Below are positions 1 to 13,837 of a DNA stretch of 64,000 nucleotides, in pieces. A program made the position numbers and the translations under genes. Position 1 is the first letter of the stretch, and each line of letters begins with the position of its first letter. Under the pieces are notes generated by a model. That model was not told the DNA's origin and did no database searches. It was given only the letters and a program-made list of their open reading frames with translations. Origin of the DNA: Octopus sinensis (Eukaryota); NCBI RefSeq assembly GCF_006345805.1, contig NC_043012.1, positions 4,774,001 to 4,838,000 of the forward strand, read 5' to 3'.

Positions 1-213
1 AAGGGGCTAAACACAGAGGGGACAAACAAGGACAGACAAAGGGATCAAGTTGATTACATCGAATGCAGTGCGCAACTGGTACTTATTTAATCTACCCCGA
101 AAGGATGAAAGGCAAAGTCGACCTCGGCGGAATTTGAACTCAGAACGTAACGGCAGACGAAATACGGCTACGCATTTCGCCCGGTGTGCTAACGTTTCTG
201 CCAGCTCGCCACC
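1..213 (-). mobile_element. SINE family A (GGCGGCGAGCTGGCAG head; GTCGACTTTGCCTTTCATCCTTTCGGGGTCGA body)
   Basis: Reverse complement of the family seen at 11112, 26021, 40788 and elsewhere. B-box-like GAGTTCAAATTCC. Confidence 0.85.
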
Positions 214-956
214 TTAAAATAAACAAATATTGCAACATATTTTCCTTTGGCATCCTAACAATTCTGCCAATCTTCCTCGCCTCACCGCCTTCATAATGCC
301 TTTGAAGCAGCTATACAAGATCAATAATAATAAAAAAAGAGGTACAGGCTTTCACATTCTAACTCAATAGTTGAGTAGCGTAAAGACACGTGGTCTAGGA
401 ACCAAGAAAGAAGGTATATATGGCGAATAAAACCCTCCTTTGCCATCTAGATTTAGAGCCGGTCCAGGGGGTCGAGTTGGCATTGCGCCTCATTCTTTCT
501 TACTATCATTCGTTTCTTTTAATTTCTTTTTCTAATCTCATCCACTTTTTGTGAATTTTTAGTTCCCCGAGTTTATGTTTTGTCGCGTTTGGATTGTCTT
601 TATGTTTTGCATTTGCCGAGGAGCATCTACGTGTAGCCTTTTTTATAGGTGATAAAAAAATAGACCTCCTCCTATGCCATCTGGATTTGCAGCCGGCCCA
701 AGGGAGTCAGCAGGAATATAAACTAAACGAAATCAATTGAAAGTAAGATTTAATGCCTCGCAGTCTTTAGTGATGTCTCATTATTCTTCATTAGTTCAAT
801 TCTTGCCGAGGTTTGGTCTTTTGTTTTTCATACTTCGTAATCAATACTATACCAGTCAAGCTTTAGAAACCAATATTATTCTGTTATAACTTATCGTAGC
901 TCATCTTTCACATATTTGTTTATAGCTTTGTACTTAGCTAAGAAATCGATCGTCAT

Positions 957-1111
957 TGGCTGTGCGGTAAGTAGCTTGCTTACCAACCACATGGTTCCGG
1001 GTTCAGTACCACTGCGTGGCACCTTGGGCAAGTGTCTTCTACTATAGCTTCAGGCCGACCAAAGCCTTGTGAGTGGATTTGGTAGACGGAAACTGAAAGA
1101 AGCCCGTCGTA

Positions 1112-1144
<33 letters not shown>

Positions 1145-1376
1145 TGTGTGTGTGTGTGTGTGTGTATTTATGTGTTTGTATTTGCCCCTCCCGACATCGC
1201 TTGACAACCGATGCTGGTGTGTTTACGTCCCCGTCACTTAGCGGTTCGGCAAAAGAGACCGATAGAATAAGTAATAGGTTTACAAAAAGTAAGTCCCAGG
1301 GTCGATTTGCTCGACCATAGGCGGTACTCCAGCATGGCCACAGTCAAATTACTGAAACAAGTAAAAGAACAAAAGA

Positions 1377-1428
<52 letters not shown>

Positions 1429-1655
1429 ATATATATATATATACATATATAAATACATATGTGTGTGTGTGTGTGTGGTTGACAACCGATGATGGTGTGT
1501 TTACGTCCCCGTAACTTAGCGGTTCGGTGAAATGGACCGATAGAATAAGTACTAGGCTTACAAAGAATAAGTCCCAGGGCCGATTTGCTCGACTAAAGGC
1601 GGTGCTCCAGCATAGCCACAGTCAAATGACTGAAACAAGTAAAAGAGTAAAAGAG
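957..1655 (+). mobile_element. tRNA-derived CORE-like SINE family B with internal (TA)n(TG)n and duplicated 3' half
   Basis: A-box TGGCTGTGCGGTAA, B-box GGTTCAGTACC and CORE-like CACCTTGGGCAAGTG. The 3' part TTGACAACCGAT...AGTAAAAGAG is present twice. Reverse copies at ~25345-25722, 49390-49705, 51615-51935 and 63395-63778. Confidence 0.85.
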
Positions 1656-1986
1656 CACATAATACTGGCAGAATTGTCTGTATGTCGGCCTTTACGGCCT
1701 GAGTTCAAATGCAGCCGAAGTCAAGTTTGTCTTTCAGGGTTTATAAAATAAGCATCGTCTGAGTACTGGGGTCGATGCAATCGACTGGACGTCTCCGCCA
1801 AAATTTCAGGCCTTGTGCCTATAGTAGAAAGGATTATCGTTTTTGTTGCTGTTTCATTAGTTATTTGTTTTATATCCTGTAAGGTCGAGTTCATCGTTGT
1901 AAGAGGTTCTTTGAACGACAGTACTTAGCGCAGTATGTGGACTCTCCTCTCTTGTGCGATCTTCAAATCATACTGCGTAGATATTG

Positions 1987-2198
1987 GTTTCAAATTTTGG
2001 CACGAGACCAGCAATTTACGGGCAGGACGTAAGTCGATTACATCGACCCCGGTGTTCAACTGGTTCTTATTTTATCGATCCCGAAATGATGAAAGGCAAT
2101 GTCGACTTCGGCGGAATTTGAACCGAGAACGTAAAAACGGCCGAAATGCCAATATGCATTTTAACCGGCGTGCTAACTATTTTGTCAGCTCGCCGCTT
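1987..2198 (-). mobile_element. SINE family A monomer with TSD
   Basis: Family A sequence flanked by TGCGTAGATATTG at 1974-1986 and 2204-2216. Other monomers at ~3930-4141, 12095-12304, 37700-37878, 42895-43090, 44228-44440, 46505-46670 and 57340-57545. Confidence 0.85.
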
Positions 2199-2262
2199 TA
2201 TGTTGCGTAGATATTGATATTGCCCAACATACAGTTAGTGAAAAAGATTCTATTTCACTCTT

Positions 2263-2394
2263 TATGAGTCTTGTAAATATTGTGTCTTTTGTGAGTCTTG
2301 TGAGTCTTATGAGTCTTGAGTCTTGTGAATATTGTGTCTTTTGTGAGTCTTGTGAGTCTTATGAGTCTTGAGTCTTGTGAATGTTGTGAATCTT
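2263..2394. repeat. Minisatellite of GAGTCTT(G/A)T 9-mers with a higher-order ~52-bp repeat
   Basis: TATTGTGTCTTTTGTGAGTCTTGTGAGTCTTATGAGTCTTGAGTCTTGTGAA occurs twice. Confidence 0.85.
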
Positions 2395-2929
2395 ACATAA
2401 TTCCCCACAAAACATTAGAATATGATTTGAGGGAGATTCGACTTCGATTTCTGCCAATAAGAGCAACCATGTTTTGATAATAGTATTGTTTACAAGAGAC
2501 AGCTGTGCGCCGAAGTTAATCCAATCACTGAACGACGGTTGACTCGGGGGCATAAAATATCAGCTTTCGTGAGTCCGGACGATTGTGAATTTATACATTT
2601 TTTTCAGAAAATAGGTGTGAGAAGGGAATAATAATTTCACGTCAGAAAATGTTAAGCTTGATTCGAACCGAACTTGCGACCTTTATTCATCAAATTCTTC
2701 ATTCCTACTCTGTAACTACCTGCATATCAAGGAAGAAAAAATACCTCTTATTCTCATTCTTTCTTTTATTCCTTTTGTCATTCTCTTCCTGCTACAATCT
2801 CATTCACTCATTCACTCCTCCCCCCTCTCACTCCCCTCCTCCTCTTCTTCTGAAACTAAACATATCTTATGTCCCTTTCACGTTGCTTCTTACTTTACCT
2901 CTTTGTTTTTCTCTTTTGCTATGTCTTCC

Positions 2930-2967
<38 letters not shown>

Positions 2968-3524
2968 TCTCTCTCTCTCTTTCTCACTCATTCCTTTTAC
3001 TTCCGTTTCCTTTCCATCCCTCAAACGCAACGCAAATCCCACGATAATTCTTGACATGACAACAGATAAATACGTCAAACAGATTGACGTAAGCCATTAA
3101 GAGTCCCTCGTATTAAAAAGCAACATGTGACAGTTAATATTAAATATAAACGTATTACATCTTTTAACGTATTTTATCTGTTGAAGTTAAAACACTTTAA
3201 AATGCCCCGACTTACTCTATGAAGTATATTAAAGTATCTGCTCACATGACACTCGGAAGCGTTACGTCATATGTAAGTTTATGAAACATCTAAAAAGATT
3301 TCGCAGTCGGCTGACAATACATCTTCAAAGCAGATCACTAACGTACATGTCTTTTAAAATGACAAATAGTTTATAAGCAAACAAAGAAATCTCTATCCAG
3401 GCATTTGACTTTCTAAAAATACGTGCTCGATCAGCTTTAAATTAACCTCAAAACGTCGTTGCTGTCGTAAAAAAAGGACGGACACATTTAAACAATTAGA
3501 AATGGATATCCACCAGTAACTGTA

Positions 3525-3828
3525 TGTTTGTTCCTTCTCGAACCACGCCTGGCTCATTAGGGCCGGTTTCCCGGTTTCCTTGGCGTATAGGTTCCCTACC
3601 CGGACGGGACGCCGGTCCGTCGTAGGTGAGCTGCAAGATGCAGGCGGAAAGAGTAAGAGAGAGTTGTGGCGAAAGAGTCAGCTGAAGTTCGCCCTTACCC
3701 TCTGCCGGAGCCCCGTGGAGCTTAGGTGTTTCACTCATAAACACACACATCGCTCAGTCTGAGATTCGAACCCGCGATCCCTCGACCGCGAGTCCGCTGC
3801 TCTAACCACTAGGCCATGTGCCTCCACA
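3525..3828 (-). mobile_element. tRNA-derived SINE family E (GC-rich, apparently young)
   Basis: Minus strand GGCACATGGCCTAGTGGTTAGAGCAGCGGACT...GGTTCGAATCTC head followed by a non-tRNA body (CCTACGACGGACCGGCGTCCCGTCCGGG...GAAACCGG). Confidence 0.75.
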
Positions 3829-5075
3829 ACTATGTGTATACACAAAGACAAACTGATTATGAGTTGAAACTATGATTAGTCAGGACTGACCTGGCGTTTA
3901 AGTAACCATGACAATACAGCATTTATGATCCTTTCTGCAATAGACACAAGATTTGAAATTGTCGGAGAGGGGACTAGTCAATTACATAGACGCCAGTGTT
4001 TAACTGGTAATTAATTTATCGACCCCGAAAGGATGAAAGGCAAAGTCGACCCCGATGGAATTTGAACTCAACGTAACGACGAGCGAAATACTGCTAAGCA
4101 CTTCGTCCAGTGTGTTAACGATTCTGCCAGCTCGCCGACTTAATACAGCATGCATAATACACGAAAATCATTAGAAATTAACACAAGGGTCTGCAATAGA
4201 ATAAACTCGCAGCAAAAATGAATCTGGAGCAAATACGTTCGAAGCTCAGTTGAGGAGCGACAAGATGAAATAAGGATTGAGATATTAGAACATAAAGTAG
4301 CAACCCCAACATAGGTACGACTTGTGTAATTTCAATCAACTGGTAAATATAGGTATAATAACAATGGTTGGTTCTTATTTTATCGATCTTGAAAGGATGA
4401 AAAGCAAAGCCGACCTCGATGGAATTTGAACTCAGGCGTAGAAATGGATGAAGTGCTGCTAACGGTTCTGGCTGTTTCTTGCTTCCGTTAGAACATAAAT
4501 AATTAAAACAGACGCCATACATTTGAAATAAGAAGCAAATATGGTAGCATCTTTGTTTTTCCGTTAAATATCGGTATTTTTGTCTAAATTTTGAGAGTTC
4601 TTTATTTATGCTAAAAATAGCTGTTTCGAAAATATATAATGTATATTTTTGTCGCATTTCAAGCCATGGGCTATGTTGATTCTGTCATCCCCGTATATAG
4701 GTCACGCTTATATGTGTTCAGCCATCTGAAGAGACAAGAACAAAACAAAGCAAAAACAAAAACAAAAAAAAGCAACTATAACTTGGTCGAGATTTGAACA
4801 TAGAACGTAGAAAGATGAAAACAGACGCTTTCAGCTAAATGATTGTCTCAAAATGTATTGCTGAGTTCTTTTCGCACTAAATATAGTATGTAAACAAGCA
4901 TACGCCAGAAGATTACAATAAAGATATATCTACATCTATATTTCTGTTCACATACTCATACGCGCGCGTGTGTATAAATGTATAGGAAGTGATACATTGA
5001 ACAGTGATACAATTATAAACACAGCAACTGTATATATAGAGCTACGTGCATTAAATGACAATTAGTTGCTATACG

Positions 5076-5123
<48 letters not shown>

Positions 5124-5228
5124 ATATAAAATATTATTCGAGACAAAACCACTATTTGCAAAACAAACAAGGAAAGACTAATCAATACATAAAATTTTAT
5201 AAATAGTCAAATAAATAGTCATATATAC

Positions 5229-5275
<47 letters not shown>

Positions 5276-5277
<2 letters not shown>

Positions 5278-5586
5278 GGCGCATGGCTCAGTGGTTAGAG
5301 CGTCGAGCTTACGATCGTGAGGTTGTGAGTTCGATTCCTGGACTGGGCTGCGTGTTGTGTTCTTGAGCAAGACACTTTATTTCACGTTGCTCCAGTTAAC
5401 TCAGGTGTAGAAATGAGTTGCGACATCACTGGTGCCAAGATGTATCGACCTTTGCCTTTCCCTTGGATAACATCAGTGGCGTGGAAGGGAGTCTGATATG
5501 CATGGACGACTGCTGGTCTTCCATAAATAACGTTGCTCGGTAACTTTCTATGTGCAAACCCATGCTCATTCATGACCAAAGGGGTT
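5276..5586 (+). mobile_element. tRNA-derived SINE family C
   Basis: GGCGCATGGCTCAGTGGTTAGAGC (A box)...GAGTTCGATTCC (B box)...TGAGCAAGACACTTTA. Second copy at 38441-38765. Confidence 0.8.
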
Positions 5587-5669
5587 TCTTCTTCCTCCTC
5601 CTCCTGCTCCACCTGCTCCTCCTGCTCCTCCTCCTCCTGCTCCACCTGCTGCTCCTCCTCCTCCTTCTC

Positions 5670-5725
<56 letters not shown>

Positions 5726-5726
5726 A

Positions 5727-5809
<83 letters not shown>

Positions 5810-5951
5810 ACCTACATGAATACCTATATGCATAGTCACTTGAACTCGAGACTGCTACATTACACTTCAAAGGCTATGCGTTTGTTGTCAAGGATCCTAA
5901 TTCCTAATATACAATAGACACAGTGAAGACCTTCGTGTGCCGGCAGCAATA

Positions 5952-6619
5952 TTTTTCCTACGAGAGTTCCGGATCCCCAGTAATGAACTCATTTGCATAC
6001 ATCCAATCAGAGTTCCCCTTGAAAATCCACATACTGTGTACTACTACAGTACAGCCAGTCAGGCATAGAATGGTGTATCCCACTCTGTGAGTACAGCGTA
6101 GCAGGTCTCACATAAGCACCACATTTCCCACTCCACCACCATCCTCATAGATCAATTGAGCACCATCTCTATATGGAGCTAACATTAGGTACCTATGCTC
6201 AGACTGAGATTAGTGATACTGCATGTACCCATTGATATATGCAAGGAGGGCGCAATACGACACAACGCCATATTGATTACGATGCTTCCAGATCAACACC
6301 AACATTTTGAATTAGGAATGTACAAAATCACTCAAAAATTAGGAAGCTACACCCATTTACACTTTCTAATAAATCACGCAAATTGGCAACACTTATTGAC
6401 ATCATCGCTGAGCAGCTCTCCATTCACTTTATACACCAAATTTCACATTTGTCACCCCTATTAACCCGTTTTGAACAAGTTTTGTTATAACGCACATTTC
6501 CCACTGAACTCAACTAGAGTATTTTTGTGACTAGGTGAACAGTAGTTTGATAGTTGAGTTCTGATTGGCTGTATGCAAATGAATTCATAACTGGGGTCTG
6601 GAACTCTCGTGGAAAAAAA
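5952..6619. repeat. ~64-bp inverted repeat pair (MITE/non-autonomous DNA transposon-like) containing octamer and CCAAT motifs
   Basis: 5952-6015 matches the reverse complement of 6556-6619. ATTTGCAT at 5991-5998 and CCAAT at 6003-6007 are mirrored at 6573-6580 and 6564-6568. Confidence 0.75.
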
Positions 6620-7942
6620 TTTCTCGTCCCGTCAAGCGACTGAATTACCAGTATCATTGTGTTACTTTTTTGTAGAAGTCTTCCCACATGTGATGTGTAG
6701 CTGCTCAAATATGACATCATGCCAATGCTACATGAAGTTGTTGCTGAAACAATATACAGTAATTCCTCGACAGAAATAAGTAAAATCTAAAAAAATATAA
6801 ATACCTATCGGCCGCAGAAACCCGGATATACTGAAGAGTCCGCGATATAAATTTACATATATTAGCCAGAGATACAAAATTTAAAAAATATATCCTGAGA
6901 AAGGAATATTGATGCGAACATAACAGGCCGGCTGTATTTGTTTGGGACCGACAATAAAAGGTATGTACCATCATAGAGTTCAGCTGCCCTGCTCATTTGA
7001 CTATCTCTTCGAAAATCAAAGAATAATCTGGTAAAGTTAGGAGCTGCAGGAAAAAGAAATCAGTCCGCTAACACAGATATTACAAATACAATCCGCAAGT
7101 GGAACGATAATATTATGCAAGAGTTTTCTCAAGTCGAACATATGACATTGTTGTAATGATTTATATTCTAATGAAAGCAGAGAGCTGGCAGAATTGTTAG
7201 CACGCCGGGCGAAATGCCCAGCGATATTTTGTCTGTCGTTACGTTCTGAGTTCAAATTCCGCCGAGGTCGACTTTGCCTTTCAACCTTTCGAGGTCGATA
7301 AATTAAATACAAGTTACGGACTGGGGTCGATGTAATCGACTTAATACCTTTCTGGGCCATAAAGAAGTAAGAATAGCTAGCTGCATTTCATCCGTTTTTA
7401 CGTTCTGAGTTCAAATTCCACCGAGGTCGGTTTTGCCTTTCATCCTTTCGAGGTCTATGAAATAAGTAACAGTGACCCACTGGGGTTGATGTAATGGGCC
7501 AGCCCTCCCCCACCCCAAATTTCAGGTCGATAAAATAAGAGCCAAACAATTACTGCTATCGATTGTAATCGATTGATTCCCTCCTCAACAATTGCAGGCT
7601 TGGTGCCGAAATAGAAACCATTATTTATATTTCAACAAAGGCGTGGTGCTGTCAGAATCGCTAGCCAGCCAGACAAAAAGCTTGGCAGCATTTCGTCCGT
7701 CTTTACAACTTGAATTCAATTTCCGCTGAGATCGACCTTGCCTTTCATCAATCGACATCGATAAAATAAATACCAGGTGTGAACTGGGGATTAATATTTT
7801 CAGGCAGGTTGTGTGCCTGTATTAGAAACGACTAATCAGATTCCAAAGATGGAACTCTGTATCTTCGTTGGAAAACAGCGTCTTCCTTGAAGCAATAATT
7901 CAAAATAATTGAAAATAGAAGACAGACACACACACACACGCG

Positions 7943-8002
<60 letters not shown>

Positions 8003-8520
8003 TAATCTCTCGCTTTCAAATATTCTACGCTAGGCACAAGGCCCGAAGTTTTTGGAGGAGGCGCCAGTCGATTGGATCGATCCGAGTACGCAACTGGTAC
8101 TTCATTTATCGACACCGAAAGGATAAAAGGCAAAGATGATTCCAGCAGAATTTGAACTCTCTTTCAAATATTTTAAAAACTCGGGCTGACTTAAATTTAA
8201 AACTTACATTATGAAAATCAACTTAAGGCAACAGAGTTTTAACGAAACACGTCAAGAAAATTTCTCTTGAAGCTATTTATGGGAAAATATTCCTCTTATA
8301 TTGCACTTACTGAACAGGATTTATTATATTGTGTACATACATATGTATATACATACATGCATTTACATACATGTACATACATATATGTATGCATGCGCAT
8401 GTATATACATGCACTCACATATTTATATTCATATATATACAAGTGTATATGTATATATATATATAAATGTATATCTGCCTATTTTTATATATGTATATGT
8501 ATATCTATATATGTATATGC

Positions 8521-8597
<77 letters not shown>

Positions 8598-8729
8598 GTA
8601 TATATATATATATTATATATATATATGTATATATACATATATATATACATTATGTGCATGCTTATCTATGTATTTATCAGTCTGCTTATTTCTCCCCTCT
8701 TTCACCCCTCTCCTGCCCCTCTCTTTCTT

Positions 8730-8798
<69 letters not shown>

Positions 8799-9815
8799 TT
8801 GTCCGTTTGTCTGTTCGTCTGTCTGTGTGTATGGAAGTGCACATGCATGTAGATGTATGCGTATGTGTCTATTTCCATTTGCATTTGATAATTGTTTTGT
8901 AGAATTCTTTCAAATTTCTTCCAACACACCCCGCCATCTTTCCATTCAGCCATAGCCGAAATGTGTTAAGATTTAGACTGTAATCCGAATAACTCTGTAA
9001 AGCTTCTTAAAATGTTGCGATTTGAACAAACAGCAAAAATCAGGAAAAAATTATAAATGCTTAAAAAGTATATTTAAAAAAAACATGTTTGTACAAAATA
9101 ATATTTAAACACGCATGCGCATATACGCAAACGGGAACACACGAATATACATACATATATACACACGCATTCATATACATACATACATGTACAATCACAC
9201 ACACACACACACACATACAAAAGTCAAGTTTAAATATTTTTGTATATTCATGTATGTATATATGAGTTTGTGAGTGTGTGTGAATGTTTACGTAATATAT
9301 ATATTTTCTACTTGTCTGTCTGTCTATCTATCTAGGTGTACATATCTATGTTTGCATATGTACACATCTATATACCCATAGCTATATCTACATACACATA
9401 CACACGCACGCACACACAAATACACACACATGCACAAATGCACAAATGCACACATACATACACGTTTATGTACGGGCGAAAATTTCTTCCCAATCGCGCA
9501 TCTCCAGGTTCAGTTACTTAGTGTTGCAGCCATGAGACGACCAAAATTTTGTGAGTAAATGAGGTAGGCGGAAACTAAAAGAAGCCCGTCATGCATATAT
9601 ATGTACATAGATAGATGTGTGTGCATGTGTTAGTGTGTCTGTGTGTGTGTTTGTCTTCAGTCACCGCTTGACAACCGCTCTTGGTTTGTTTACGTTTCCG
9701 TAATCTAGCGGTTCGTCCAAAGACCGTTCAAACAAGTACTAGGATTATGAAAAAGTCCTGGGGTGGATGCATTGAACTAAATCTCTCCAAGGTCGAACCC
9801 CACAGTCCAATGGCC

Positions 9816-9898
<83 letters not shown>

Positions 9899-11001
9899 TA
9901 ATAAATAAAACATATGCATATATATATACATATATGTACGTACCTACCTCTACATGTATATATACACGCATATATGAGTACAAGACACAAAAAAAAACAT
10001 CGAACACAATGAGAAACGAAAACATAGACACAAACCCAAGGAACTGGACATTTTTCTTAAACAACAAAAAATAGAGTACAAGACAAATAACATAAGGAAA
10101 AAACCCCTTCTTCAGTCGCCATGGTTTCATCTACTCTACGTTTCGAAGGTGAAGGCGAGACGTATCTTCGAAAGAAACTTTCCTTCCTGCGAAAAGCAAA
10201 TCAAATAAAATTTGAGATCTTTTTGCAGAGGGGTAAAAATGGTAACAAAACCAGGACCTCTACATACGTACGTACGTACGTACGTATGTATGTATGTATG
10301 TATGTATGTATGTATGTATGTATGTTTGTATGTATGTATGTATGTATGTTTGTATGTATGTATGTATGTTTGTATGTACTTTGTATGTATGTGTGCGTAC
10401 GTGTATTTATATATATATATATATATATATGGAATATTTCCTAAATCTTCTTCTACAATTATAGTTAAGTGTTATCTTTAATTTAATCAACCATTTTTAT
10501 ACCATATGTTTTTGTTTGTAAAAGATATATTTTCCCGTTTCCGTTTATAATCCTTCCTCATTGTCATTTTCACTCTCTTTCTCTCTTTCCTCATTATTAC
10601 CAGCATGCATAAATTTTAATAAAGATGAGTTATTATTCCCCACTTGTTCTATAACATTGCATGTCTTATTAAATTTTAAACTTCCAACCGAATTGTAAAT
10701 GATATCTGTTACAAGTTAGCTCGCATTATGCAACATTACAGAAGAATTTCGTTTAAACTCTTACCGTAAATATTCCTCCATTTCTTTTATTGTTCTTTTC
10801 CGAAATGTAATCATTTCTATGGTCTTTATGTAAAAATCTATCGATTTAATTATTCAACCGTAGGTTTAAAAGCATTATAACTCCTAAAACAGCGAAACAA
10901 ATTGTTCGTGGCTTAGCACATTTTAATATATCATAAAATAGGATTTCGTTCATATATTTGTATATATATATGTGACGTACAAATTTATCAACGATTGTAT
11001 T

Positions 11002-11070
<69 letters not shown>

Positions 11071-11111
11071 CATACACATACATGTATAAATACCTATACA
11101 ATATACCTGTA

Positions 11112-11712
11112 TGGCGGCGAGCTGGTAGAAACGTTAGCACGACGGGCGAAATGCTTTACGGTATTTCGTCTGCTGTTCTGATTTCAAATTCCTCCGAGAT
11201 CGACTTTGCCTTTCATCCTTTCGGGATCGATAAATTAAGTACCAGTTACGCACTGGGGTCGATGTAATCGACTTAATCTGTATGTATGTCCTTGTTTGTC
11301 CCCTCTGTGTTTAGGCCCTTGTGGGTAGTAAAGAAATAGGTATTTCGTTTGCCGCTACGTTCTGAGTTCAAATTCCGCCGAGGTCGACTTTACCTTTCAT
11401 CCTTTCGGGGTAGATTAAGTAAGTACCAGTTACGCACTGGGGTCGATATGATCGACTTAATCCTTCTGTCTGTCCTTGTTTGTCCCCTGTATGTTTAGCC
11501 CCTTGTGGGCAATAAAGAAATAAGAAACGTTAGCACGCTGGGCGAATTGCTTAGCGGTATTTCGTCTGTTTTTACGTTCTGAGTTCAAATTCTGCCGAGG
11601 TCGACTTTGCCTTTCATCCTTTCGGGATCGATAAATTAAGTACCAGCCGCTTACTGGGGTCGATCTAATCGACTGGCCCCCTCCCACAAGATAACTTGTG
11701 CCTAGAGTAGAA
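11112..11712 (+). mobile_element. SINE family A trimer
   Basis: Head plus three ~180-bp units, ending in the terminal tail CTTGTGCCTAGAGTAGAA. Confidence 0.85.
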
Positions 11713-11770
11713 GAGTAGAAAATAATATCTACATACAGTTAACTGATCAAAAATTCACACACACACACAC

Positions 11771-11810
<40 letters not shown>

Positions 11811-12444
11811 CACGCACGCACGCACACACACATTTGTTAATATGTCTTTGAACTTCTTCCTTTCAACACCTCAAATGTAAGATCCCTTCCCTGCAGACTG
11901 AGGTTCGTCTCATCTGACGATCGCCTAAACCTGCAAACATTATTTTGGACCACCGAGTTGATTTATAATTCTTTACTTCAAGCCTTTTTATTCTCGATAT
12001 CATTTCTGTTCTGTGTAAGTCGGATCTTTTTGTATATAAACATATATACATTTCTTGTATTTCATGTACTTATATTATATAATATATATTCATTTCTACA
12101 CTAGGTACAAGGCCCGAAATTTTGAGGGAGGGTGCCACACGATTAGATCGACCCCAGTACGCAACTTGTACTTAATTTATTGACCCCGAAATGATGAAAA
12201 GCAAAGTCAGCTCCGGCGGAATTTGAACTCAGAACCTAATGACAGACGAAATACTGCTAAGTATTTCGCCCGGTGTACTAATGTTTCTGCCAGGTCACCG
12301 CCTTATATACTTTATATATTGACATGTCTAACTTGCTTATCCCTACATATACTTCTGGACTCGCTCAAATATAAATCTCTTGAGCACTACGCAGTGTATT
12401 TTATACATAGAATATAATATTCTCAACTATATATATATATATAG

Positions 12445-12480
<36 letters not shown>

Positions 12481-12504
12481 TGTGTGCATATATATATATG
12501 TATG

Positions 12505-12538
<34 letters not shown>

Positions 12539-13104
12539 TGTATGTATGTATGTATGTATAATACAAAATGAGACAAGAACGCAAACATCCACATAGACGC
12601 TACAAAGAAAACAAGGACAGGTCATTCGGAGTTGTCTTTCGTCAGTCGAATTCCAGATTATCTTTGCAATTTTGGCTGGTTGTACTCGAGTTTGCTCCAA
12701 ACTGGCCAGCCCCAAGGAAAAACTATGCTAAAAGCATTAGATTCCTAGGAAGAAAGCAGTGAATGTATAAGGAAATAAGGACGAAGGGAAACAGGAAATG
12801 TTACACAAATACAAATAACATGACATAACAACAGTTGTCTTTCGACTAAGGACGAATTATATTAATCTGGCGCCCTTCTCTCACATTTCCCTGTCTTCTC
12901 TTCTGCTCACTTTCCCACCTCTTTTCACTTCACTGTGTCCATGTCATTTTTTCTCGCCCCTCCTTAATTCTTCTGTTCCTCTGCCTCTACCTCTCTCTTT
13001 TCTCTCCCCACGTGACCGGCGTTCGGCCAGGCCTCATCTTTCTTTCTCATATATATATATAATATATATGAGTAAGTTGGTGTGTGAAAGCACGTGGTTG
13101 GACG

Positions 13105-13205
13105 TATATAAAATAGAAAAGAGTGAAAAAACTACAGAAGACTTGTGTTATAACCTTATAACACAAGCCTTCTGTAGTTTTTTTCACTCTTTTCTATTTT
13201 ATATA
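13105..13205. repeat. Near-perfect ~100-bp palindrome
   Basis: Arms 13105-13153 and 13156-13205 around a 2-nt CC loop, with one mismatch and one extra T. Confidence 0.9.
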
Positions 13206-13273
13206 TATATATATATATAGATGTATACATGCATACATACATATATATTATATTTATATATATATTTATACAT

Positions 13274-13354
<81 letters not shown>

Positions 13355-13416
13355 CATACATATATATATGTATATATTATATATTATATATCTTATATAT
13401 ATGTATATATATATAG

Positions 13417-13477
<61 letters not shown>

Positions 13478-13737
13478 TATATATATATTGGTATTTGCAT
13501 CTATAACTATCTCTGTCTTTCTCTCACACACACGCTCACACACATACATAGTCTAAAATGTATGACTGGACACAATTTTTACAAGCACGAATACGCATTT
13601 ACACACTGAACTGCTACTTTTGTCGAAATTGTCACCTTTGTGTGCACGCATGTGTTCTGCATGCGCTTCCATACAGAAATATATTCACGAATGCGTGTGT
13701 GCGTATGTTTGTGCATATATACAAAGGCATATGCAAC

Positions 13738-13837
13738 NNNNNNNNNNNNNNNNNNNNNNNNNNNNNNNNNNNNNNNNNNNNNNNNNNNNNNNNNNNNNNN
13801 NNNNNNNNNNNNNNNNNNNNNNNNNNNNNNNNNNNNN
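13738..13837. other. Assembly gap (100 N)
   Basis: Run of 100 N. Confidence 1.

Noticed and set aside
3750-3828. tRNA genes (also 5276-5350 and 957-1020)
   Set aside because: A/B boxes are present but there is no complete acceptor stem. Each continues into a SINE body.
4178-4657. 159-aa minus-strand ORF
   Set aside because: It runs through a degenerate family A SINE and has no recognisable domain.
8267-8902. Long YI/CV/MY/LSIY/WLVG/poly-I ORFs throughout the window
   Set aside because: They are translations of microsatellites that lack stop codons.
12600-12700. Additional hammerhead-like cores (minus-strand CTGACGA near 12645; CTGAAGA near 10112)
   Set aside because: Probably Penelope-related scraps, but complete stems and GAAA could not be assembled.
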